This document shows, in pieces, positions 39,998-51,240 of a DNA stretch of 64,000 bases. The notes beneath the pieces were generated by a model that saw nothing but the letters and a program-made list of their open reading frames with translations, made no database searches and was not told where the DNA came from. Source of the stretch: Oceanospirillaceae bacterium (lineage in GTDB: Bacteria; Pseudomonadota; Gammaproteobacteria; Pseudomonadales; Balneatricaceae). The DNA lies in NCBI GenBank assembly GCA_029938085.1, contig JAPYOS010000001.1, forward strand, positions 33,493-97,492, in the 5' to 3' direction. Numbering within the stretch: position 1 is the stretch's first letter; every line of letters begins with the position of its first letter. The position numbers and the translations under genes were made by a program.

Positions 39998-42556
39998 TTA
40001 CAAGCTACGCTCAACTTCAACAGTGTCGAAGACTTCGATTTGGTCGCCAACACGCACGTCATTGTAGCTCTTCACACCGATACCACATTCGATACCGTTA
40101 CGAACTTCTGCCACTGCATCTTTGTGACGACGCAAGGATTCTAACTCACCTTCATAGATCACAACGTTGTCACGCAATACACGGATTGGCTTGCTGCGGA
40201 ACATGGTACCTTCGGTCACCATACAGCCAGCAATTTGACCCAACTTAGGCGAACGGAAGACTTCACGCACTTCTGCAATACCGACAATAGATTCGCGCAA
40301 CTCAGGAGACAACATACCAGAAAGAGCGGCTTTAACATCGTTAATGATGTCGTAGATTACGCTGTAGTAACGTAAATCTATGCCTTCTTTTTCTATTAAG
40401 GCCTTAGCCGGTGTATCGGCACGTACGTTAAAACCAAAGATTACAGCGTTAGATGCCACGGCAAGGTTAACGTCAGACTCGGCAATACCGCCTACGCCAC
40501 TAGACACTACCTGCACCTTAACTTCCTCGGTACCGATATCCATAAGAGAGCTGGTTAGGGCTTCTAACGATCCACGTACGTCAGTCTTAAGTACCACGTT
40601 CAATACTGAGGCTTGGTTCTTGCCCATGTTCTCGAACATTGCATCTAGCTTAGAGGCTTGCTGGCGCGCCAGCTTCACGTCGCGGTACTTTCCTTGACGG
40701 AACAATGCCACTTCGCGAGCTTTCTTTTCGTCTGCTACTACGGCGAAATCTTCACCTGAGTCAGGCGTGCCGCCTAAACCTAAAATTTCTACTGGAATAG
40801 ATGGGCCAGCACTGGTAATTTGCTTACCGTTCTCGTCTAGCATGGCGCGTACACGGCCAAACTGCTGACCAGCCAAGACAATGTCACCCTTCTTCAAGGT
40901 GCCATTTTGCACCAAGATAGTCGCTACAGAACCACGGCCTTTATCAAGACGAGCTTCAACAACCACGCCTTTAGCTGGCGCTTCTGGCACTGCGGTCAGC
41001 TCTAATACTTCAGCTTCTAGCAATACTGCATCAACCAAGGCCTCAATACCTTCGCCAGTTTTGGCTGATACGGGTACGAACTGAGTCACACCACCCCAAT
41101 CTTCTGGCACAACATCACGGCTAGACAATTCAGTCTTCACACGATCTGGATCCGCACCTTCCTTATCCATTTTGTTAACCGCAACAATCAAAGGTACGCC
41201 AGCGGCTTTCGCGTGCTGTACGGCTTCTTCGGTTTGTGGCATTACGCCATCGTCTGCAGCGACTACCAAAATAACAATGTCTGTGGCCTTCGCACCACGG
41301 GCACGCATGGCGGTAAACGCGGCGTGTCCTGGAGTATCTAAAAAGGTCACCATGCCTTTGTCGGTTTCTACATGGTAAGCACCAATGTGCTGAGTAATAC
41401 CACCCGACTCGCCAGACGCAACCTTAGTTGAACGAATGCAGTCTAGGAGGGATGTTTTACCATGGTCTACGTGGCCCATTACCGTTACCACTGGAGCACG
41501 GAGGATTTCGGTGCCTTCATAGCTGATGCTCTCTACCACTTCGGTTTCAATCGCATCATCCATTACCAACTTCACGGTATGACCCATTTCTTCAACCACA
41601 ATAGTGGCTGTGTCTTGGTCAATCACTTGGTTGATGGTGGCCATTGCACCCATGTTGAACATGACCTTAATGACTTCAGCTGCCTTCACTTTCATGCGCG
41701 AAGCTAGATCTGCAACAGTAATCGATTCCGGTACGTTAACTTCCTGGATCACCTTTTCTGTGGGCACTGCAAAAGCGTGTTCGCCATTACCAGTACGCTT
41801 AGGTGCGGCCAACTTGCCTTTGTTACGAGAACCTTTACCACGGCTGCGATCATCACGACCACCACCAGCACGGCCTTTACCTTTACCTTTTCCAGCCGGT
41901 GCGCCACCACGGGGCTTGTCTGGAGAGGTGAATATTTTTTGGTGTGCAGGTTTCTTCTTGGCGTCTTCTGCAGCTTTTTGACGAGCCACTTCAGCGTTTG
42001 CTGTAGCCTTATCTGCAGCAGCGTTAGCGGCGGCCTTGGCTTTAGCTTTAGCTTGATCATCAGCGGCGCCTTTCGCAGCACTATCACCCGCGGTATTGGC
42101 TACCGTTGCAGCTGCAACAGCTTCGGCTGCTTGAGCGGCTTCGGCAGCTGCCTTAGCATCCGCAGCAGCTTGTGCTTGCACTGCAGCCTCTGCTTGGGCG
42201 GCGGCTAATTGTGCTTTTTCAACTTCAATCACAGCGGCCTGATCGGTTTCTTCTGCCTTAACGTAGGTACGCTTTTTGCGCACCTCTACATTAACTGTAC
42301 GTTTGCCAGCCGTGCCCGCAACTTTTAGGGTGCTGGTCGTCTTACGACGCAAGGTAATCTTTTTAGGGCCGTCAGCATTGTCGCCTTCACCACCGTGGGA
42401 CTTTTGCAAGTGCGACAAAAGCGTTTTACGCTCATCATCCGACACTGCATCCGTAGCGGCACGGCGAGTAAGGCCGGCTTCTTCCATCTGGCTCAACAAC
42501 CGTTCAGCGGGAACGCCTACCGTTTCGGCTAGGGTGTTGACAGTTTGGTCTGTCAT
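39998..42556 (-). CDS. infB: Translation initiation factor IF-2
   Basis: [24 protein letters not shown] and an Ala-rich N-terminal linker. Confidence 0.99.
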   Translation of the reverse strand: MTDQTVNTLAETVGVPAERLLSQMEEAGLTRRAATDAVSDDERKTLLSHLQKSHGGEGDNADGPKKITLRRKTTSTLKVAGTAGKRTVNVEVRKKRTYVKAEETDQAAVIEVEKAQLAAAQAEAAVQAQAAADAKAAAEAAQAAEAVAAATVANTAGDSAAKGAADDQAKAKAKAAANAAADKATANAEVARQKAAEDAKKKPAHQKIFTSPDKPRGGAPAGKGKGKGRAGGGRDDRSRGKGSRNKGKLAAPKRTGNGEHAFAVPTEKVIQEVNVPESITVADLASRMKVKAAEVIKVMFNMGAMATINQVIDQDTATIVVEEMGHTVKLVMDDAIETEVVESISYEGTEILRAPVVTVMGHVDHGKTSLLDCIRSTKVASGESGGITQHIGAYHVETDKGMVTFLDTPGHAAFTAMRARGAKATDIVILVVAADDGVMPQTEEAVQHAKAAGVPLIVAVNKMDKEGADPDRVKTELSSRDVVPEDWGGVTQFVPVSAKTGEGIEALVDAVLLEAEVLELTAVPEAPAKGVVVEARLDKGRGSVATILVQNGTLKKGDIVLAGQQFGRVRAMLDENGKQITSAGPSIPVEILGLGGTPDSGEDFAVVADEKKAREVALFRQGKYRDVKLARQQASKLDAMFENMGKNQASVLNVVLKTDVRGSLEALTSSLMDIGTEEVKVQVVSSGVGGIAESDVNLAVASNAVIFGFNVRADTPAKALIEKEGIDLRYYSVIYDIINDVKAALSGMLSPELRESIVGIAEVREVFRSPKLGQIAGCMVTEGTMFRSKPIRVLRDNVVIYEGELESLRRHKDAVAEVRNGIECGIGVKSYNDVRVGDQIEVFDTVEVERSL

Positions 42557-42587
42557 AATAATATTCTCCTATCGGTCAAGCGGTGGT

Positions 42588-44069
42588 TTAAACAAACCAA
42601 GGGGCGCGGGCCGTCATAATTAGTTCTGCGGCTTTCTCGTCGCTCAAGTCTTCAATGTCCGAAATCTCATCTACCGCTTGCTCAGCTAAGTCTTCCATGG
42701 TGATAATGCCACGGCTAGCGAAAACAAAAGCAAGGTGTTTGTCCATGCCTTCCATTTCCAACAAGTCTTGTGCCGGTTCTGCGTTGTCTAGCTGCTCTTC
42801 GGCTGCTAGCGCCTGATTCAATAGCTTATCTTTGGCACGGGTACGAAGCTCTTCAACAATATCTTCGTCCAAACCATCGACGGCTAACATTTCATCAAGC
42901 GGTACGTAGGCGATTTCTTCAAGGCTTACAAAGCCTTCTTCTACCAACATCTCAGCAAATTCTTCGTCGATGTCTAGGGCATCAACAAAGATCTGCACCA
43001 CACCACCTACTTCGTCTTCTTGCTTGGATGCCGCATCTTCTTCTGACATGACGTTGATCGTCCAACCGGTCAACTCAGAGGCAAGACGCACGTTTTGACC
43101 GTTACGGCCAATAGCCATGGCTAAATTTTCGTCGCTAACCGCAACATCCATTGCGTGACGGTCTTCGTCAACGACAATAGAACTTACTTCGGCTGGCGCC
43201 ATGGCGTTAATGACTAATTGAGCTGGGTTATCGTCCCACAAAACAATGTCTACACGCTCATTGTTTAACTCACCGGTCACGGCTTGCACACGCGAGCCAC
43301 GCATACCTACACAAGCCCCTACTGGATCGATACGACCGTCATTAGTCTTCACCGCAATTTTAGCACGTGACCCTGGGTCGCGAGCAGCGGCACGAATCTC
43401 AATCACTTCTTCAGCAATTTCTGGCACTTCAATCTTAAACAGCTCAACCAACATTTTAGAGCTGGTGCGGCTTAAGAACAGCTGTGGTCCACGGCTTTCT
43501 GTACGAACTTCGTCTAGCAAAGCCCGTACACGATCACCCATACGGAAGGTTTCACGACCAATCAGTTGATCGCGCGCCATTAATGCTTCAGCATTGTTAC
43601 CCAAATCAACAATTACGTTGTCGCGGGTCACTTTCTTAACACTGCCACTAATAATTTCGCCAATACGGTCGCGGTATAGTTCTACTACCTTAGCGCGCTC
43701 AGCTTCGCGTACTTTTTGTACGATCACTTGCTTCGCAGTTTGGGCAGCAATACGGCCAAAGGCTTCTGTGGGCACATCTTCTTCAACCACATCATCAAGC
43801 TGGAGCTCGGGACGCGTTTCTTGTGCATCTTCTAAAATCAATTCAGCAGCAGGGTTGGTGTACACCTCATCGGTTACCACTGTCCAGCAGCGAGTAGTCG
43901 TCGCTTCGCCAGTTTTACGGTCGATAGACACACGAATATCACTTTCTTCGTCGATACGCTTGCGTGTGGCAGTGGCCAAGGCTAACTCGATGGCCTCAAA
44001 AATAACGTCCTTGGGCACGTCCTTCTCATTGGATACGGCTTCGGCCACCAACAAAATCTCTTTATTCAT
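42588..44069 (-). CDS. nusA: Transcription termination/antitermination factor NusA
   Basis: [39 protein letters not shown] and [12 protein letters not shown]. Confidence 0.98.
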   Translation of the reverse strand: MNKEILLVAEAVSNEKDVPKDVIFEAIELALATATRKRIDEESDIRVSIDRKTGEATTTRCWTVVTDEVYTNPAAELILEDAQETRPELQLDDVVEEDVPTEAFGRIAAQTAKQVIVQKVREAERAKVVELYRDRIGEIISGSVKKVTRDNVIVDLGNNAEALMARDQLIGRETFRMGDRVRALLDEVRTESRGPQLFLSRTSSKMLVELFKIEVPEIAEEVIEIRAAARDPGSRAKIAVKTNDGRIDPVGACVGMRGSRVQAVTGELNNERVDIVLWDDNPAQLVINAMAPAEVSSIVVDEDRHAMDVAVSDENLAMAIGRNGQNVRLASELTGWTINVMSEEDAASKQEDEVGGVVQIFVDALDIDEEFAEMLVEEGFVSLEEIAYVPLDEMLAVDGLDEDIVEELRTRAKDKLLNQALAAEEQLDNAEPAQDLLEMEGMDKHLAFVFASRGIITMEDLAEQAVDEISDIEDLSDEKAAELIMTARAPWFV

Positions 44070-44106
44070 TTCAAGCTCTCACTTAATTTGGACTTATAAA
44101 ACCGGC

Positions 44107-44562
44107 TTAAAAGCGCGGTACGATATTGGCTTTTTCTATACTATCAAAAGGCAATAGGTATTCTTCATCATCAATTTGTACAATCACATCATCACCTTCG
44201 ATGCCCTTTAACAAACCGTTAAATCTGCGGCGGCCATCAAAAGCCAAACGCAACTTCAAACTAACTTTTTCGCCCACGCTCGCTTGATATTGCTCTAGAC
44301 TAAACAGAGGCCTATCTAAACCTGGCGATGACACCTCTAAGGTATATTCACCGGTAATCGGGTCTTCTACGTCTAGCACGGCTGCCACTTGACGACTGAC
44401 GTCGGCACATTGCTCAACACCAATGCCTTTGGCATGGTCAATATACACACGTAAAGTGGTGTGGCGACCCTGAGATAAATATTCAATACCCCAAAGATCA
44501 CAACCACAGGCTGCCACCGCTGGCGCGACTAAAGATTCTATTTGTGCTGCTGCACCTGCCAT
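44107..44562 (-). CDS. rimP: Ribosome maturation factor RimP
   Basis: LWGIEY, LRVYID and [14 protein letters not shown]. Confidence 0.96.
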   Translation of the reverse strand: MAGAAAQIESLVAPAVAACGCDLWGIEYLSQGRHTTLRVYIDHAKGIGVEQCADVSRQVAAVLDVEDPITGEYTLEVSSPGLDRPLFSLEQYQASVGEKVSLKLRLAFDGRRRFNGLLKGIEGDDVIVQIDDEEYLLPFDSIEKANIVPRF

Positions 44563-44579
44563 TCTAATATCCTAAAACG

Positions 44580-44607
44580 CAAAAAGCCCCAAAAGAGGGG
44601 CTTTTTG
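44580..44607. terminator. Terminator hairpin between tRNA-Met and rimP
   Basis: CAAAAAGCCCC-AAAAGA-GGGGCTTTTTG is a perfect inverted repeat with T-tails on both strands. Confidence 0.8.
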
Positions 44608-44719
44608 TTGACTATATGTATTCAGTCTCGTGTGCTAGCTTCCTGCCGAACAACGAACCCCTGAATTACTTCTTCATGACTTACGCCATAGGAAAATGTT
44701 AAAACACTTCCCTGAAAAT

Positions 44720-44796
<77 letters not shown>

Positions 44797-44809
44797 TCAA
44801 AGAGCGCAC

Positions 44810-44838
44810 ATAATATTCATTTTATCGTTTGCCGTCAA
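44810..44838 (-). promoter_or_regulatory. Sigma70 promoter of the tRNA-fMet-rimP-nusA-infB operon
   Basis: Minus strand TTGACG-17 nt-TATTAT followed by the GC-rich discriminator GTGCGC. Confidence 0.75.
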
Positions 44839-44938
44839 GCATTTATATGACATTAATACATATAATTTGGGCCCATTCACAGACTCAGCGTTTTATCGTA
44901 GAGTGCAGCATATTAACCCCTGAGATTTTGGCCGCCAC

Positions 44939-46782
44939 ATGCCCAATGAAAACCAGTCACCCAAGCGTCAACATTTATTTCAACCCATTCAGTTGCGGCA
45001 TACCCAGCTAAAAAATCGATGTGTGTTTGGCGCCCACACCACCAATATGAGCAAACTCAGCTTACCCGGCGCCCAACACCGAGCTTACTATAAAGAACGA
45101 GCTCAAGGTGGCGCTGCTATGATTGTGGTGGAGCCCATGCCGGTACACCCAACCGCGGTACTCACCCGGGGCAATTTTCTCACCAATGATGACGCCGTCA
45201 TCGAACCGTTCAAACAATTAGTGGACGAGTGCAAGGCCTTTGGCACAGTGATGATTCAACAGCTTTACCACGTTGGTCAACACGGCGATGTCAAATTGAA
45301 GAGCTCATCCAAAGCTTTATCGACAGCGCCATACGCTGCCAGAAAGCCGGTTTTGACGGCATCGAGCTGTTTGCTAACTACCATGCCCTCATCGAACAGT
45401 TTTGGACCCCATGGTCCAATCATCGCACCGACCAATGGGGCGACAGCCTAGACAACCGCCTGCGTTTTGGTAGCCGCATCATGGAGGGCATACGTACAGC
45501 CTGTAGCAAGGATTTTATCATCGGCCTAGCCATTAGTTATGGCGACGCTCACAGCCCAGACCTCAGTTTAAAGGACAAAGTAGCCATTGTGGCCCACCAT
45601 GATCACGCCCAACATATGGACTACGTCACTTGCGGCAGTGGTAGCTACCTAGGTTTTGACAAACTCATGCCCACCTTCGTATTTGAAGAAAAAATAGGCC
45701 TACCTTTAGCCGCTGCAGTTAAACAAGCCTTAAATCACGCGCTCGTCACCTCCGAGAGCCATGTGCGCACACCAGAAAACGCAGACTACATTATCGCCAG
45801 TGAAGAGGCCGGCTTAGCCTCCATCGTGCGCGGCCAAATTGCCGACCCACAACTGATTAGCAAAACCCAAGCACAGAGTGAACAAGACATACGAGGTTGC
45901 ATCTCCTGCAACCAAATGTGATGGGGGCGGCGCTCTCGAGATTATTGGATTTCCTGCCTAGTTAACCCGCGAGTAGGTCGTGAGCACGATTGGCACATAC
46001 AAGCCAGCAACACGCCCAAAAAAATCAGCATCATCGGCGCGGGCCCTGCTGGGTTAGAATGTGCTCGAGTGCTCGCTGAGCGCGGCCACCAAGTCAGCAT
46101 TTACGAAGCCACACCGGATCTAGGCGGGCAATTTAGACTGGCGGGCTTAGCACCGCGCAGGGGGCAAATTTTAGAGCTGCTCAGTTGGCATCAAAGCCAG
46201 TTGCAAGCCCTAAAGGTCACCATAAACTACAACAGTTACATGGACGCAGACGACCTAAGCCAATTACAGGCCGATGATATTATCCTCGCCACAGGTTCCA
46301 TGCCGGACCCAACGGCGAGCCAACGCTGGTTATGGCTAGCAGGCAAACAAGCAAAGCTGGGGCATCGCCTTATCTTGCTCGATGAAGGCGGCAACTGGCG
46401 CGGCCTGGGCACTGCCCTCTACCTCGCACAACAAGGACATCAACTTACCATCGTCACGCCCGACCCATACGTGGGCAAAGAACTCACCCGCACCTCCGCC
46501 GACCTACCATTACGCAGCCAACTAAAACAACTTGGCGCTGTCTTTTTGGTGGAATCGGTGATCAGTCAATGGCAGGCTGGCACCGCCACCATCACCAGCC
46601 TGCTCGACCAACAGCAAACCCAAGTCGAGGCGTCCGCCATCGTCGTAGCCACCACAAACCGTGCTTTTAATGAGCTAGAACTCGAACTGGCCGAAGGTGG
46701 CATTCACTGCCACACCATTGGCGACTGCGTAGCACCACGGCAAGCCATATATGAAGGGCATAAATTAGGCCTTGAACTATAG
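44939..46782 (+). pseudogene. NADH:flavin oxidoreductase (Old Yellow Enzyme TIM barrel + FAD/NAD domain; TMADH/2,4-dienoyl-CoA reductase-like), decayed
   Basis: Three ORF pieces. The frame switches at ~45289-45292 (QQLYHVGQHGD to QIEELIQSF...AGFDGIE). An in-frame TGA at 45919-45921 falls in CISCNQM*WGRRSRDYWISCLVNP. Readthrough gives IIGAGPAGLECAR in frame with ORF 46069-46782. Confidence 0.88.
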
Positions 46783-46795
46783 ATCAAGCAAGCCC

Positions 46796-47239
46796 CTACC
46801 AACTGCCGTGGTTGGCCATTGATAACCAAGGCTCACAGGGAGTAACAGCACCGCCGGCTTGTAACAGCTCAACCGACACGCCATCTGGCGATTTAATAAA
46901 TGCCATACGGCCGTCTCTAGGTGGGCGATTAATAGTCATTCCGGCATCCAATAAACGCTGGCAAAGGCCATGGATATCATCCACCTCATAGGCTAAATGC
47001 CCCCAACTGCGGCCTGTCGATAAAACCTCATCGCCATCCCAGTTATAGGTTAATTCCAACAAAGGCGCCTGACTTGTTTGCGCTGCCTCAGCATCCATAG
47101 GTGCAGCTAAAAAGATTAAACTGAAGCGGCCTGACTCATAGTCGCTCCGCTTAGTTTGCACCAACCCCAACTGGCCACACCAAAATGCCAAGGACTGCTC
47201 TAAATTACTAACCCGAATCATTGTATGTAGATAACGCAT
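46796..47239 (-). CDS. gloA: Lactoylglutathione lyase / VOC family protein
   Basis: YLHTMIRV, LELTYNWD, GHLAYEVDD and AFIKSPDGVSVELLQ. Confidence 0.85.
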   Translation of the reverse strand: MRYLHTMIRVSNLEQSLAFWCGQLGLVQTKRSDYESGRFSLIFLAAPMDAEAAQTSQAPLLELTYNWDGDEVLSTGRSWGHLAYEVDDIHGLCQRLLDAGMTINRPPRDGRMAFIKSPDGVSVELLQAGGAVTPCEPWLSMANHGSW

Positions 47240-47573
47240 AACTCTCTCAATTTGACGTAAATATCAGGACTTAGTAAAACACAACAACTTTTAAAAAGCA
47301 CAAAATACGCGCCATGAGCATTTGACATATAGAAGATCGCAGCTACTCTTACACAGCTGCATTCATCCTGCAGTTCTTTCATGCCAAGGATGGCAGTGCG
47401 GGGCGCTTTTTTGAGTTTCCTTACTTGGGCGCTCCGCACACCCCACTCAAATCTTTGGCATAAAAAAAGACCCATAAGGTCCGTTTTGAATTTCGCAAAA
47501 AGTCAGTGTGCCTTTCGCAAACCTATTGTCGCGCTACCGCAAACTTCTGCGCCTGGGTGTTACCTACAGAAAT

Positions 47574-47610
47574 AAAAAGAGCCTTGACAACAATTACGCC
47601 GTCAAAGCTC
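47574..47610 (-). terminator. Terminator after tRNA-Leu
   Basis: Minus strand GAGCTTTGAC-12 nt-GTCAAGGCTC followed by TTTTT. Confidence 0.65.
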
Positions 47611-47625
47611 TATTAATATATTAAG

Positions 47626-47710
47626 TGGTGCGGATGGGGGGACTTGAACCCCCACAACCTAAGTTACCAGCCCCTCAAGCTGGCGCGTCTACCAATTCCG
47701 CCACATCCGC
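47626..47710 (-). tRNA. tRNA-Leu(GAG)
   Basis: 85 nt, GCGGATGTGGCGGAATTGGTAGACGCG-CCAGC-TTGAGGG-GCTGG, long variable arm, GTTCAAGTC and a CCA end. Lies downstream of secG. Confidence 0.97.
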
Positions 47711-47748
47711 ATTTAAAATGTTAAAGTTGCCAGCCTCAGCCGACCAAC

Positions 47749-48105
47749 TTACTCTGCTACTGGTACGTCGCTGTCAGTCGGCACTAGTGCAGAATCTAGC
47801 TCAGGTAGAGCTGATTCAACCACTTCGACTTGTTCAACAACGGGAATACCCGCATCAGAAATACTGCTGGCTTGTTGCTTGGCGTAAATAGCCAAGGCAA
47901 AGCTGGTTACAAATAAACCGGCTGCCAAAACTGCGGTTGTACGGCTCAGGAAGTTACCCGAGCCACTACTACCAAATACGGTTTGTGAAGCGCCACCGCC
48001 ACCAAAGGAAGCGCCTGCATCAGCGCCTTTACCTTGTTGGATCATAATGAAACCGATTAAGGCCACGGCCAACAACACATGTACAATTAAGATTGCTACT
48101 TCCAT
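47749..48105 (-). CDS. secG: Preprotein translocase subunit SecG
   Basis: QQGKGADAGASFGGG and VFGSSGSGNFLSRTTA. Start at ATG 48105 (track start 48156). Confidence 0.96.
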   Translation of the reverse strand: MEVAILIVHVLLAVALIGFIMIQQGKGADAGASFGGGGASQTVFGSSGSGNFLSRTTAVLAAGLFVTSFALAIYAKQQASSISDAGIPVVEQVEVVESALPELDSALVPTDSDVPVAE

Positions 48106-48136
48106 TAAACTTCTCGCTTCGTCTGATTCTGCTCGT

Positions 48137-48889
48137 TTACTGAGCCGCTTGGCCAATAGCCAAAAATGATTCTGCTTGTAAAGACGCGCCGCCTACAAGG
48201 CTGCCATCGATGTCTGCTTGAGCAAATAACTCAGCAGCACTGGCAGCAGTAACACTGCCGCCATATAAAATTTTCATGCTTGCCGCTTCAACTGGCGCCA
48301 CCTTTGCCACATGTTCACGAATGGCCTGATGCACCGCCTGAGCTTGTGCTGGACTGGCGGTTAAACCCGTGCCAATGGCCCAAACGGGTTCATAGGCAAT
48401 CACTGCATTGGCAAAACTATCAGCGCCAGCGGCGTCGATAATGGCCTGTACTTGGGCGTTAACCACGGCCAATGTTTGACCTTGCTCACGTTGTTCCAAG
48501 GTTTCCCCAACACATAAAATAGGTGTTAGATTGGCTGCTTGCGTGGCTACATATTTAGCTGCGACTTGGGCGTCGTCTTCGGCAAACAAAGCACGTCGTT
48601 CGGAGTGGCCAACCAATACATAGGTCACGCCAAATTCCGCCGCCATTGCCAGCGACACTTCGCCGGTAAATGCACCCTTGGGTGCGGCACATACATTTTG
48701 CAGGCCAATACGAATACTAGTCCCTGCCAATTCCTGCTGCACTTGCGCTAAATAAGGAAAAGGAGGAAAAACCACCAATTCAGCTCCGCTGGTGCCAACA
48801 AGACCTTGTTTTAGACCCGACAAAATCTCGGTTACAGCACTTTTGCTGGCATTCATCTTCCAGTTGCCTGCAACTATCATGTTTGCCAT
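48137..48889 (-). CDS. tpiA: Triosephosphate isomerase
   Basis: AGNWKMN, GHSERR, AYEPVWAIGTG and LVGGASL. Confidence 0.99.
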   Translation of the reverse strand: MANMIVAGNWKMNASKSAVTEILSGLKQGLVGTSGAELVVFPPFPYLAQVQQELAGTSIRIGLQNVCAAPKGAFTGEVSLAMAAEFGVTYVLVGHSERRALFAEDDAQVAAKYVATQAANLTPILCVGETLEQREQGQTLAVVNAQVQAIIDAAGADSFANAVIAYEPVWAIGTGLTASPAQAQAVHQAIREHVAKVAPVEAASMKILYGGSVTAASAAELFAQADIDGSLVGGASLQAESFLAIGQAAQ

Positions 48890-49007
48890 GCCTTCACCTA
48901 CGTCGTGGATAAACCAAGGGTATTCAATTTAAGCGCGCCATAATACTCAAATTAGCGGTGCTAAACAAGGTATTCGCAGGTTTTGGCGCTCAATTGAATC
49001 AAATTTA

Positions 49008-50339
49008 TTAGTTGATAACCTGTTTAACGTCGTGAGCCAGTTCTTGGGCATACTGATTCACTAGGTCTTCGTTCTCGCCTTCTACCATAACCCTAACCAC
49101 TGGCTCTGTGCCCGATGGCCGTAACAACACACGCCCCCGGCCTTCCATACGTTTTTCTATGGCATCTACATAGGCATCAATAGCAGGGTATTCAGATAAG
49201 TTTACACGATTGCCAAAGCGTAAATTAATCAGCTTTTGTGGCATTTTTTGCATCTGACTTTTTAGTTCATGCAACGTTTTACGGCTCGACTGCATCGCTT
49301 GCAGCACCTGAAGAGCCGCCACAATACCATCACCGGTGGTGGTGAGGTTGCGACAAATCAAATGGCCGGATGATTCACCACCCAACAACCAGCCTTTTTC
49401 TTTGAGCATCTCCATCACATAGCGGTCACCCACTTTGGCGCGGACAAAGTCGATACCCAAATCTTTAAGGCCCAACTCCATACCCAAATTACTCATTTGT
49501 GTACCCACAACCCCACCTTCCAACTGGCCGTTACGCTGTTGGTGTGCAGCAATGATAAACATCAGTTCATCACCATCTACTTCTTCACCCATATGATCAA
49601 CCATGATCACGCGGTCACCATCGCCGTCTAGGGCAATACCCAAATCGGCTTCTTGCAAACGCACCACTTTACGCAGCATAGCAATAGAGGTTGAACCACA
49701 GTCTTGGTTGATGTTGAGGCCATCGGGATCAATACCGATGCTATTTACGTCGGCACCGAGTTCATGCAATACATTAGGCGCGATATGATAGGTCGCGCCA
49801 TGGGCGCAATCCAATACAATTTTCATACCCTTTAAGTTGGTATGGGGGCCTACTGTGCCTTTGCAAAATTCGATATAACGGCCTGCGGCATCTTCGATGC
49901 GTCGCGCACGGCCTAAATCCTCTGGAGCCACACATTGCATGGCTTCTTGTAATTTATCTTCGATCGCAGCTTCTACAGAATCCGCCAATTTAGTGCCGTT
50001 AGCTGAGAAAAACTTGATACCATTATCTTGGTAGCCATTATGAGAAGCACTAATAACAATGCCAGCTTCGGCATGAAAAGTACGGGTAAGGTAGGCCACC
50101 GCAGGGGTAGGCATGGGGCCCAATAAGCGCACATCAACACCGGCTGCTGACAATCCGGCCTGCAGGGCCGATTCGAACATGTAGCCCGAAATGCGGGTGT
50201 CTTTGCCAATCAGTACTTTACTGCGGCCAGACTCAGAAAATACTTTGCCAACCGCCCAGCCTAACTTGAGCATAAAATCTGGTGTAATTGGGTACTCACC
50301 ACAACAACCGCGAATACCGTCGGTACCAAAATATTTCAT
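49008..50339 (-). CDS. glmM: Phosphoglucosamine mutase
   Basis: [21 protein letters not shown] and LRPSGTEP. Confidence 0.98.
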   Translation of the reverse strand: MKYFGTDGIRGCCGEYPITPDFMLKLGWAVGKVFSESGRSKVLIGKDTRISGYMFESALQAGLSAAGVDVRLLGPMPTPAVAYLTRTFHAEAGIVISASHNGYQDNGIKFFSANGTKLADSVEAAIEDKLQEAMQCVAPEDLGRARRIEDAAGRYIEFCKGTVGPHTNLKGMKIVLDCAHGATYHIAPNVLHELGADVNSIGIDPDGLNINQDCGSTSIAMLRKVVRLQEADLGIALDGDGDRVIMVDHMGEEVDGDELMFIIAAHQQRNGQLEGGVVGTQMSNLGMELGLKDLGIDFVRAKVGDRYVMEMLKEKGWLLGGESSGHLICRNLTTTGDGIVAALQVLQAMQSSRKTLHELKSQMQKMPQKLINLRFGNRVNLSEYPAIDAYVDAIEKRMEGRGRVLLRPSGTEPVVRVMVEGENEDLVNQYAQELAHDVKQVIN

Positions 50340-50400
50340 ACTGCGCTCCTTTTGTTCTTCTGTATGTACTTTCCTAGTACAGTGTTTTAACCGTGCAAAT

Positions 50401-51240
50401 TTAGATACTGCTCATTACCGCATGCGCCATGCGCAATGCGTCTACCGTAGGGCCTACGTCATGCACCCGTATGATATGGGCGCCACGCTCGTAAGCCATA
50501 ATCGCGACCGCTAGGCCGCCGTGTAAACGTTCGTCAACTGGCCGATTAAGCACATTGCCGATCATACTCTTGCGTGACATACCCACCAACAAAGGCAACC
50601 CTTGGTTGGCTAAGCTCTGCAACTGATTCAGCAATTGTAGATTATGTGCCAAGCTTTTGCCAAAACCAAATCCTGGATCCAGCAATATTTTTTGTGCTGC
50701 AATGCCCGCGTGTTCACATTCACTAACCCGTTGCTTAAAGTAGTCGCCTATATCATGCACCACCGACTCATAGACTGGATTATCTTGCATGGTTTTGGGG
50801 TCGCCCTGCATGTGCATAAGACATACAGGTAAAGCCGTAGATGCGGCGGCAGACAGCGCACCAGCGCGGCCTAGAGCCCGCACATCGTTAATTAGACCTG
50901 CACCAGCTGCCGCAGCTTCCAGCATCACCTGCGGGGTACTGGTGTCGATGGACACAACCACATCAAGGGAGGCTTTAATCGCCTCTATAACAGGGATAAC
51001 ACGGTCGAGTTCTTGCTGCGCCGACACGGGTTCAGCGCCCGGGCGGGTGGATTCACCACCAATATCGAGGAAACTTGCGCCCTCCGCCACCATGTCTCGA
51101 GCTCGAGACATGGCCGCATCTAGGCACAAAGACTGACTGGGAAATAAACTGCCGCCATCGGAGAAGGAGTCGGGTGTGACATTCACCACACCCATGACAT
51201 GAGGTTCGCTCAAATCGAGCCATTGCGAAGCGAACTGCAT
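50401..51240 (-). CDS. folP: Dihydropteroate synthase
   Basis: [30 protein letters not shown] and SRKS. Confidence 0.98.
   Translation of the reverse strand: MQFASQWLDLSEPHVMGVVNVTPDSFSDGGSLFPSQSLCLDAAMSRARDMVAEGASFLDIGGESTRPGAEPVSAQQELDRVIPVIEAIKASLDVVVSIDTSTPQVMLEAAAAGAGLINDVRALGRAGALSAAASTALPVCLMHMQGDPKTMQDNPVYESVVHDIGDYFKQRVSECEHAGIAAQKILLDPGFGFGKSLAHNLQLLNQLQSLANQGLPLLVGMSRKSMIGNVLNRPVDERLHGGLAVAIMAYERGAHIIRVHDVGPTVDALRMAHAVMSSI

Noticed and set aside
41990-42250. Ala/Glu-rich quasi-repetitive DNA (GCA/GCT/GCC runs)
   Set aside because: It encodes the normal low-complexity linker of IF-2 and is not a separate repeat element.
40380-43569. Many 60-190 aa antisense ORFs over infB and nusA (similar ones lie over carB, dnaK, pnp and ftsH)
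   Set aside because: They are shadow ORFs produced by biased codon usage in highly expressed genes. They have no motifs or RBS and are rich in Ser/Thr/Pro as expected.
45919-45921. Selenocysteine at the TGA replacing Cys in the oxidoreductase
   Set aside because: The position is tempting, but the gene also has a frameshift and probable deletions, and I could not identify a bacterial SECIS hairpin just downstream. A TGY-to-TGA nonsense change is simpler.
44797-47625. Integrative element (attL/attR) at tRNA-Leu or tRNA-Met
   Set aside because: No integrase fragment and no duplicated tRNA 3' end were found by eye. Kept only as an eroded islet.
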